Of a stretch of DNA of 64,000 bases, positions 56,829 to 64,000 are shown piece after piece. Made by a program: the position numbers and the translations under genes. The notes beneath the pieces are model-generated. The model saw nothing but the letters and a program-made list of their open reading frames with translations. It made no database searches and was not told the origin of the DNA. The DNA is from Candidatus Parcubacteria bacterium. GTDB lineage: Bacteria > Patescibacteriota > Minisyncoccia > Phycocordibacterales > Zambryskibacteraceae. How positions within the stretch are numbered: the stretch's first letter is position 1; each line of letters begins with the position of its first letter. The stretch lies in the NCBI GenBank assembly GCA_019658995.1, contig JAIFWN010000002.1, forward strand, positions 29,262-93,261, given 5' to 3'.

Positions 56829-59800
56829 TTAGTTAGTTGCCTCGGGCTTCCTTTTTTTCACATCTATATCGAGTGCCAGACCTCTCAAGTTGTTTACCAA
56901 GACGTTGAATGATGCTGGGGTGCCTGGTTCCTGGATCTTCTCACCCTTGACTATCGCATCGAAAGCCGCAGATCGTCCCTGAATGTCGTCGGACTTTATG
57001 GTAAGCATTTCGCGGAGCGTGTGTCCCACGCCGTGACCGAGAAGCGCCCAGACTTCCATTTCTCCGAATCTCTGACCTCCGTTCTGGGCCTTACCCCCGA
57101 GCGGCTGCTGGGTAATGAGGGAGTACGGACCGATAGATCGCATATGAATCTTATCCTCAACCATGTGGTGGAGCTTCAGGATGTACATATAGCCGACTGC
57201 GATCTCCTGATCGAAGGCCTCTCCTGTACGGCCGTCGAAGAGTCTCATCTTTCCATTTTCCTTAAAGCCGGCCTTCTTGAGTTCCGCCTTAATTTCCTCC
57301 TCCTCAGCACCGGCAAACGGAGGAACAATGGCCTGATAATTGAGTGTATTCGCAGCTAGACCTAAATGCATTTCAAGAATTTGCCCCAGGTTCATGCGGC
57401 TCGGCACACCGAGCGGAGTGAGAATGATATCTATGGGAGTGCCGTCTGCCATATATGGCATATCTTCGACCGGCAGGATCTTCGATATAACACCCTTATT
57501 ACCGTGGCGGCCAGCGAGCTTGTCACCGACTGAAACGTTACGGAGCTGAGCGACCTGTATATGAATCTGCTTTAGGATTCCGCTCTCCAGCTTATCTCCC
57601 CTTTCCCGCGAGAAGACCTGGACTGATATGATGCGTCCGCGCTTGCCTCCTTCCATACGCTTAGACGTATCCTTGACATCACGAGCCTTTTCACCGAAGA
57701 GCGAACGGAGCAAGCGTTCCTCCGGAGTAAGCTGGCTCTCGCCCTTCGGAGTAATCTTGCCTACAAGAATATCGCCCGGTCTGACTTCTGCGCCTACACG
57801 AATAATGCCGTCTTCAGCCAAGTTCTTAAGCTTGCTCTCTCCGACATTCGGGATGTCGCAGGTAATGACCTCCGGACCAAGTTTGGTATCGCGGACGTTC
57901 ACGATAAAGTCCTCTATATGTATGGAGGTGAACTTGGACTCCTTCACCAGTCTTTCGGATAGGATGATTGCGTCTTCGTAGTTGGCGCCGCTCCAGCTCA
58001 TGAAGGCCACCAGTATGTTTTGTCCCAGAGCCATTTGGCCGTGTTCTGAAGAAGAGGTATCGGCAATAACTTCGCCTTTTTTGACCTTCTGTCCGACTTC
58101 CACAGACGGACGCTGATGGAAAGCGGTGAAGCCGTTTGTCATGGAGAAGTTCACGAGCGGGAACTTGTGATCATCGCCTTTATTGTCGGTAAGGACTATC
58201 GATTTGCCGTCAACATAAGTGATAGAGCCGGCGCATGGAGCAATAACGAGCCGTCCGGTGTCGCGCACAGCCTTCTCTTCTATACCAGTAGCAACAAGCG
58301 GAGCCTCGGGGATGATACACGGAGTTGCCTGCTTCTGCATGTTGCTACCCATCAGAGCGCGGTTGGCATCATCGTGGTTAAGAAACGGGATCATTGAGGT
58401 GGCTATGGAGAAAGCCTGATTAGTAGCGACATCTATATAGTCGACTTTCTCGCGTCGCACGGTGTGGGGCTCGCCCTTATGGCGGACGTCGATAATATCA
58501 TTCACCAGTTTTCCGCCCTCACCCACCGGAGTGGCGGCGTGAGCGATGTTGTACTGCTCTTCCTCGAGAGCATTCAGATATTTGATCTCGCCGGTTATCG
58601 CACCGTCTCTGACAACTGCATAAGGTGTCTCGATCATACCGAAGTCATTGACCTTGGCGTAACTCGAAAGGCGTAGTATTAGGCCGATGTTCGGACCTTC
58701 TGGCGTGTGGATGGGACAGAGCCTGCCGTAGTGGCTTGGATGCACGTCGCGGACCTCATAGCCGGCACGGGCTCGGTTGAGTCCACCAGGACCGAGAGCA
58801 GAGAGGGTGCGGAGATGCTCTATCTCCGTGAGCGCGTTCTCCTGCTGCATGAACTGCGAGAGCTGGTTTGTGGTGAAGAACTCCTTCATCCTGGCCTGCA
58901 ATGGCTTCGGAGAAATGAACTGTACCGGCAAAGTGACGTCGGTATCGATAGTGGACATCCTGTTCTGAATGTTTCTCTTGATCTGAGCCATGCCGACGCG
59001 TATCTTCTGCTGGAAGAGCTCTCCTACGTACCGCACGCGACGGCTTCCCAGATGATCGATGTCGTCCGGCATGGCATTCGGAGTGACATTCAGGTGCACG
59101 ATGTGTGAGACGATTATCTTCATATCTTCGAGCGAAAGGGTGCGGCGATCCATTTCCTTGTCACTCTGTTTGAGGTGGAAGCGGTTGTTGAAGCGGAAAC
59201 GCCCGACTCGGGAGAGGTCGTAGCGCTCGGTGTCAAAGATAGAACGCACGAATTCGCGGGCGTTCTCGGCCGAAGCCAGATCGCCGTCACGGAGTCTCTT
59301 ATGGATTTCGATAGCCGCCTCGTCCTCGGTAGTAGTATGATCCTTGGCCAAAGTCTTCTCTATATATGGACGTGCCTCGGACTGGTCAGCAAAAAGACCA
59401 AGGATTTTCTCATTGGTAGCCGCACCGAAAGCCCGCAGAAGCGTAGTGACAGGAAATTTTCTTTTCCTGTCTATGCGCACGTTTATGACTCCGTCTGCAT
59501 CCGTCTCGAACTCTATCCAGGCGCCTCTGGCCGGAATAACTTTCGCTCCGAAAGTTTTCTTGGTTTTGACTTCCTGCGAGGTGAAGAATACGCCGAAAGA
59601 GCGCGCCAGCTGGGGTACGACTACACGTTCGATACCGGAGATGATGAAAGTTCCATGATCCGTCATGAGCGGGAAGTCCGCCATAAAGAGCTCCTGCTCC
59701 TTCTCAGTCTTCTGGATAAAGTTCTTTAGGCGGATTTTGACGCGAAGCGGTGCTTCGTAAGACATCTTCTTCTCCTTTGCCTCATACTCGTCCATCTTCG

Positions 59801-60014
59801 GCTTGTCTAGCTCGAAGCCGACGAAGTCGAGCTGGAACTTGCGCTCAGAAAAATCCTTGATGGATGAGAACTCCTGAAAAACCTCTTTAAGACCCGTCTC
59901 TATAAGCCACTTGAAACTATCGACCTGCGAAACCACAAGGTTTGGCATGTCAGTGAGCGGCTCGCGGAAACGGCCGAAGAACTTCTTCGGCCTTGCCGAG
60001 GACTTAATTGACAT
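56829..60014 (-). CDS. rpoB: DNA-directed RNA polymerase subunit beta
   Basis: The 1061-aa ORF has conserved beta-subunit blocks (…GRHGNKGV…, …LGGQRFGEME…). Confidence 0.95.
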   Translation of the reverse strand: MSIKSSARPKKFFGRFREPLTDMPNLVVSQVDSFKWLIETGLKEVFQEFSSIKDFSERKFQLDFVGFELDKPKMDEYEAKEKKMSYEAPLRVKIRLKNFIQKTEKEQELFMADFPLMTDHGTFIISGIERVVVPQLARSFGVFFTSQEVKTKKTFGAKVIPARGAWIEFETDADGVINVRIDRKRKFPVTTLLRAFGAATNEKILGLFADQSEARPYIEKTLAKDHTTTEDEAAIEIHKRLRDGDLASAENAREFVRSIFDTERYDLSRVGRFRFNNRFHLKQSDKEMDRRTLSLEDMKIIVSHIVHLNVTPNAMPDDIDHLGSRRVRYVGELFQQKIRVGMAQIKRNIQNRMSTIDTDVTLPVQFISPKPLQARMKEFFTTNQLSQFMQQENALTEIEHLRTLSALGPGGLNRARAGYEVRDVHPSHYGRLCPIHTPEGPNIGLILRLSSYAKVNDFGMIETPYAVVRDGAITGEIKYLNALEEEQYNIAHAATPVGEGGKLVNDIIDVRHKGEPHTVRREKVDYIDVATNQAFSIATSMIPFLNHDDANRALMGSNMQKQATPCIIPEAPLVATGIEEKAVRDTGRLVIAPCAGSITYVDGKSIVLTDNKGDDHKFPLVNFSMTNGFTAFHQRPSVEVGQKVKKGEVIADTSSSEHGQMALGQNILVAFMSWSGANYEDAIILSERLVKESKFTSIHIEDFIVNVRDTKLGPEVITCDIPNVGESKLKNLAEDGIIRVGAEVRPGDILVGKITPKGESQLTPEERLLRSLFGEKARDVKDTSKRMEGGKRGRIISVQVFSRERGDKLESGILKQIHIQVAQLRNVSVGDKLAGRHGNKGVISKILPVEDMPYMADGTPIDIILTPLGVPSRMNLGQILEMHLGLAANTLNYQAIVPPFAGAEEEEIKAELKKAGFKENGKMRLFDGRTGEAFDQEIAVGYMYILKLHHMVEDKIHMRSIGPYSLITQQPLGGKAQNGGQRFGEMEVWALLGHGVGHTLREMLTIKSDDIQGRSAAFDAIVKGEKIQEPGTPASFNVLVNNLRGLALDIDVKKRKPEATN

Positions 60015-60117
60015 TATTTATGAATATTAAAAACTCGTAAACAGGCTGTTGGTAAAGTCTCTCCCAAACTTTACTTCGGTCGTAACTAAATCAGAGTTCG
60101 AAGTTGATGCGTAGTTT

Positions 60118-60150
60118 ACACTACCCCTGTTTTTCTGTCAAATATAGCCT
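60118..60150 (-). promoter_or_regulatory. putative sigma70-type promoter for rpoBC (TTGACA-17-TAAACT), with a ~100-nt 5' leader
   Basis: On the minus strand the sequence reads tattTTGACAgaaaaacaggggtagtgTAAACTacg. Confidence 0.4.
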
Positions 60151-60576
60151 CTATACAACCATCCACGCGTAGATGAGAGCGGTAACGACGAGAGAAACGA
60201 GTTGGTTGGCAGCATTGAGGAAGAATAATCCCCAGGGCTTAGCATCCCAGAGCACGGAGCCGACAGTTATAGGAACTTGGAAACCGAGCCATATCCAGAA
60301 AACGAGCATAAGGGCACCGCCAACCGCTGAGACAAGCAATGACTGCGCGAGCGAGAAGAAGACGAACGGAGTAATGAGTCCGAGGATAATAGTAACGATG
60401 TATCCACGAGTTGCCGTGGCACCCTTAGATTTCATCTCATCCATGCTCATCGAGCCATGACCCGAGAGGCTTACCCACAGATTCTTGAACACCATTCCAT
60501 ACCAGAGCCAGCCTACGACGAAGTTCGCAATAACCGCGACTAATATGGCCAGCCAATTGTTTGTATATATCATCAT
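60151..60576 (-). CDS. hypothetical membrane protein (DUF1761-like, 4 TM)
   Basis: The 141-aa ORF is hydrophobic. Confidence 0.55.
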   Translation of the reverse strand: MMIYTNNWLAILVAVIANFVVGWLWYGMVFKNLWVSLSGHGSMSMDEMKSKGATATRGYIVTIILGLITPFVFFSLAQSLLVSAVGGALMLVFWIWLGFQVPITVGSVLWDAKPWGLFFLNAANQLVSLVVTALIYAWMVV

Positions 60577-60581
60577 GAAAA

Positions 60582-61229
60582 TTATTTATCTGTTTTTCGC
60601 TTGCTTTTCCACTCTTCAATTTTAGCATGGTTGCCTGAGAGCAGAACCTTGGGTACTGCATAAGCCTTGCCCTTATATTTGAAGCTCTCCGGCCGGGTAT
60701 AAACATCCGGCGAAGCCGTTCGCGACTCCTCGATCGAACCGAGATTGCCGAGCACTCCCGGCACATGACGGGAGATAGTGTCTATGATCAACTGGGCCGG
60801 CAGCTCGCCTCCGGTAAGGACAAAAGGACCAATAGAAACTTCATCCGTTTTAAAAACCTTCTTTACTCTTGCATCTATGCCCTCATAGCGGCCAGAGACG
60901 ATAATCACGTCCTTGTACTTCTTCGCAACACTGGCCGCGTAAGAGTTGGTAAATTGCTTACCGCTCGGTGTAAGGAAAATAATCTTCACCTTAGACCTTA
61001 GGCCTTTGGCCCTCTGGATTGCCTTTATGACGGGTTCTGCCTGTATGACCATGCCAGGGCCTCCTGCATATGGGGGTCTGTCTATCCTCTTCCATTTGTC
61101 TTTGGTGAAATCGCGCGGATTATAGAAACTCACTTTTATCTTTTTATCTTCAATAGCACGCTTCAAGATCGACTCGCCGAGATAAGAGTCGAACGCCTTG
61201 GGAAATAAAGTGATTATATGGAAGTGCAC
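60582..61229 (-). CDS. trmD: tRNA (guanine37-N1)-methyltransferase
   Basis: The protein starts MHFHIITLFP… and has SPOUT knot motifs (…CGRYEGIDAR…VSIGPFVLTGGEL…). Confidence 0.9.
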   Translation of the reverse strand: MHFHIITLFPKAFDSYLGESILKRAIEDKKIKVSFYNPRDFTKDKWKRIDRPPYAGGPGMVIQAEPVIKAIQRAKGLRSKVKIIFLTPSGKQFTNSYAASVAKKYKDVIIVSGRYEGIDARVKKVFKTDEVSIGPFVLTGGELPAQLIIDTISRHVPGVLGNLGSIEESRTASPDVYTRPESFKYKGKAYAVPKVLLSGNHAKIEEWKSKRKTDK

Positions 61230-61567
61230 TATTCCAGATTGAGATCAGCGAAGGCTTCGTCGAGAGTCTTGGAAGCCCTGGGGACCGAAGACTCTTCCCG
61301 CGGAGGCATTATTCTTTGTCCGCCGGCCGGCTCATTGATCTTCAGATTCACACGAGCATTGTTCTTCATGCCAACCACTCGGAGTAGTATGCGGATGGCC
61401 TTGGCGGTATTGCCAGAGCGGCCTATGACCTTGCCCATGTCATCGGGGTGCACATCAAGAGTCATAAGCACCCCCATCTCATCAACCGTCCTCTTGATCT
61501 TTACGGAATCCGGATGTTCAACCAATGCTTTTATCAAAAATTCCAGAAACTGTACGTCGTCGTTCAT
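61229..61567 (-). CDS. KH-domain RNA-binding protein (YlqC/UPF0109 family)
   Basis: The protein has …MGKVIGRSGNTAKAIRILL…, a GxxG KH loop. It lies between rpsP and trmD as in many bacteria. Confidence 0.8.
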   Translation of the reverse strand: MNDDVQFLEFLIKALVEHPDSVKIKRTVDEMGVLMTLDVHPDDMGKVIGRSGNTAKAIRILLRVVGMKNNARVNLKINEPAGGQRIMPPREESSVPRASKTLDEAFADLNLE

Positions 61568-61600
61568 GTTCGTTCAGGATTAACGGAAATAACGGACTGT

Positions 61601-62008
61601 CTAGGCCTCTGTAGCCTCTGTAGATTCTATCACGCCTTGGTCCGCCGTAGGCTCTGGCGAAGGGGACGGTTCGACCGCGGATGCCGGAGCAGCCTCAGCC
61701 GCAGGTGTCGCAGTCGTGGGTTCTGCCTCCTTGGCAATCGGACTTTTCCTGGGCAAAACGTTAATTTTTTTAGCATCGATAACCTTATGTGTTACCAGAA
61801 GGTTGTGTACCGTTCCGGTCGGCTTGGCTCCCTGCTTGAGCCAGTAATTTATGCGATCGGTCTTAAGGAGATCGGAGGTTTTGCGGGCATCATAAGAGCC
61901 GAGCACCTCTTTGAGGCGGCCGCTCTTAGTGGAATTCTCGGATTCGGTCAGAACAATACGAAAAGCTGGCTCCGATTTCCTCCCGACTCTCTGTAATCTT
62001 ATCTTTAA
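61601..62008 (-). CDS. rpsP: 30S ribosomal protein S16 with a Pro/Ala/Glu-rich C-terminal extension
   Basis: The protein starts MLKIRLQRVGRKSEPAFRIVLTES…. The start is taken at the internal MLKIRL rather than at 62029. Confidence 0.9.
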   Translation of the reverse strand, partial: LKIRLQRVGRKSEPAFRIVLTESENSTKSGRLKEVLGSYDARKTSDLLKTDRINYWLKQGAKPTGTVHNLLVTHKVIDAKKINVLPRKSPIAKEAEPTTATPAAEAAPASAVEPSPSPEPTADQGVIESTEATEA

Positions 62009-62102
62009 CATGAGCCACCAGAGTAACAAAAAAGTCCTATGTGGTCAATAGAAAGACTTCCTCGAAGCCAACGTTGTGCTATATTGTCGGAGAATATATA
62101 GA

Positions 62103-64000
62103 ATGAAGAACACCTTCGAAGGCACAATCAAAGTCACCGGCAAAGGGGTTGGTTATTTCAAGATACCAGATGCCGATGTGGATCTTGAGATTCAGCCTGA
62201 GAACATCAACACCGCTCTCAACGGCGACACCGTAAGGGTCGAGCCGCTGGACAAAGAACTCTACGGCCGCAAGCAGGCCAGGGTGACAGATATAGTAAGG
62301 AGGAAGAAAACTCACTTCGTCGGCGTTTTCGATAACGGATTCGTCATACCAGACGACAAGCGCATGTACCGCGATATCTTCGTGGACAAATCCGAGGCCA
62401 AAGGCGGCCCGTCTGCGCAGGCGGGCGACAAGGTCTTATCCGAGATCACCGAGTGGACCGATCCGGGCAAAAGTCCTGAGGGTCGTATCATAAGAATCAT
62501 CGGCCGGAAGGGTGAGCACAATACCGAAATGCTCGGCATTGTATATGAGTCCGGATTTGAGGTCGACTTCCCACATGAGGTGGAAAAGGAAGCGGCAGAA
62601 TGGAAAGAAAAATGGGCCAAGGAGGACCACCTCAAGGATCGCAAAGACTTCCGTGATACCACCACATTCACCATCGATCCTGTCGACGCTAAGGACTTCG
62701 ATGATGCCATATCTTTTAAAAAACTGGAGAACGGCGATTATGAGATTGGCATCCACATAGCCGACGTCTCGCATTTTGTACAACCTAAGACCGCTCTTGA
62801 TGATGAGGCTGTGAAGCGCGGCACGTCCATATATCTCGTTGACCGCACTATACCAATGCTCCCAGAGATTCTCAGTAATGATCTCTGTTCTTTAAACCCG
62901 AATGAGGACAAATACGCCTTCTCGGCCGTTTTCATCATGAATCTTGAGGGTGAGGTCAAGGAGAGATGGTTCGGTAAAACTCTCATCAATTCCGACAAAC
63001 GCTTCTCATATGAAGAAGCCCAGCAGGTACTCGATGACGGCAAAGGACCGTTCCTGGAAGAACTTATGACCCTCAACAAGATTGCATACAAGCTCCGGGA
63101 GGAGAAGTTCAAAAACGGTGCCATCGAATTCGAGACCGACGAGGTCAAATTCGTCCTTGATGAAAGCGGTAAGCCCGTGAAAGTCGTACGCAAAATAAGG
63201 AAGGATACTCACAAGCTCATTGAGGACTTCATGCTTTTGGCCAACCGCGAAGTGGCCACGCACATGCACAGCGTGGGGAAAAGCAATACTAAGACGGCCT
63301 TCGTCTACCGCATACACGACTCTCCGGACCGCGACAAGATCATAAACCTGGCGACCTTCGTGAAAGCTCTCGGCTTTGAGCTCAAGCACAAGGACGGCGA
63401 GACGACCGCCGAAGATATCGGCAAGATGATCCGCTCAGTCGAGGGCTCGCCTGCGGAAGCACTGGTGAAGACCGCCGCCATACGCAGCATGTCCAAGGCT
63501 ATCTATTCGACTTCTAACATTGGGCATTTCGGCCTGGCTTTCGAGTATTACACCCACTTCACCTCGCCTATCCGCCGCTATCCGGACCTTATGGTGCACA
63601 GACTTCTATATAGGTATCTCACCCATGGAAAAATCGAAGCCGATGAAGTTGCTAAGTATCAGCGCCTCTCCGACGAGTCAAGCGAGCGCGAGCTTGAAGC
63701 TGCCGAAGCCGAGCGCGCATCTATTAAATACAAGCAGGTTGAGTACATGTCGGGTCATGTCGGTCAGGAATTTGAAGCTTTGGTTTCCGGAGTCTCGGAA
63801 TGGGGTGTGTATGTGGAGGAAATAGAAACAAAGGCCGAGGGTATGGTTCGCCTCAAGGATATGACCGACGACTTCTACGAGCTGAATGAAAAGTTATACG
63901 CCATTGTCGGCAAACGCACCGGCAAGAAGTACTCCCTCGGCGATAAAGTCAAAGTTAAACTAATGAACGCAGACCTGGACAGGAAGACCCTCGATTTCGC
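62103..64000 (+). CDS. rnr: ribonuclease R (RNB family 3'-5' exoribonuclease), 5' partial that continues past the window end
   Basis: Hand translation gives an N-terminal cold-shock/OB region followed by RNB motifs (…DAKDFDDAIS…IHIADVSHFV…LVDRTIPMLPE…) and a downstream S1-like region. No stop codon occurs before position 64000. Confidence 0.9.
   Translation, partial: MKNTFEGTIKVTGKGVGYFKIPDADVDLEIQPENINTALNGDTVRVEPLDKELYGRKQARVTDIVRRKKTHFVGVFDNGFVIPDDKRMYRDIFVDKSEAKGGPSAQAGDKVLSEITEWTDPGKSPEGRIIRIIGRKGEHNTEMLGIVYESGFEVDFPHEVEKEAAEWKEKWAKEDHLKDRKDFRDTTTFTIDPVDAKDFDDAISFKKLENGDYEIGIHIADVSHFVQPKTALDDEAVKRGTSIYLVDRTIPMLPEILSNDLCSLNPNEDKYAFSAVFIMNLEGEVKERWFGKTLINSDKRFSYEEAQQVLDDGKGPFLEELMTLNKIAYKLREEKFKNGAIEFETDEVKFVLDESGKPVKVVRKIRKDTHKLIEDFMLLANREVATHMHSVGKSNTKTAFVYRIHDSPDRDKIINLATFVKALGFELKHKDGETTAEDIGKMIRSVEGSPAEALVKTAAIRSMSKAIYSTSNIGHFGLAFEYYTHFTSPIRRYPDLMVHRLLYRYLTHGKIEADEVAKYQRLSDESSERELEAAEAERASIKYKQVEYMSGHVGQEFEALVSGVSEWGVYVEEIETKAEGMVRLKDMTDDFYELNEKLYAIVGKRTGKKYSLGDKVKVKLMNADLDRKTLDF

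Overview
This 64 kb window looks like a small-genome, CPR/Patescibacteria-like bacterial chromosome segment of roughly 50 % GC with patchy AT-rich stretches. The pointers to that lineage are a lysine-rich RpoD N-terminus, domain-minimised aminoacyl-tRNA synthetases, a type IV pilin, and many small membrane proteins of unknown function. Most genes run on the minus strand and are housekeeping. They include the tail of the ribosomal/rpoA operon (rpoA', rpsD, rpsK, rpsM, rpmJ, infA), alaS, UDG, mnmA, mltG, leuS, ychF, ddl, uvrC-uvrA-uvrB, tgt, mreB, priA-def-fmt, hpf, typA, truB, hisS, rpoD-dnaG-rpoC-rpoB, rpsP-KH-trmD and a partial rnr. There are two tRNAs, Ala-UGC and Asn-GUU. Five accessory or unusual elements stand out. 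A standalone retron-like reverse transcriptase of 329 aa sits between tgt and uvrB, with its own SD, candidate promoter and terminator; the 342-nt non-coding stretch upstream contains a candidate ncRNA closed by a perfect 12-bp inverted repeat. The LeuRS carries a canonical Nudix hydrolase domain inserted into its CP1/editing region. A small GIY-YIG nuclease gene sits against tRNA-Asn and is preceded by a degenerate duplicate of the tRNA 5' half. A hypothetical-gene island has a duplicated 44-bp terminator/promoter cassette. Several proteins have notable architectures: a Walker-motif-less PriA, an ATP-cone fused to an Mrr-like nuclease, sigma region 4 fused to HARE-HTH, a HisRS without an anticodon-binding domain, and an AlaRS without the C-Ala domain and with a low-GC core. 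ychF carries a frameshift. No CRISPR array or rRNA was seen. Coordinates derived by hand-counting may be off by 1-2 nt.
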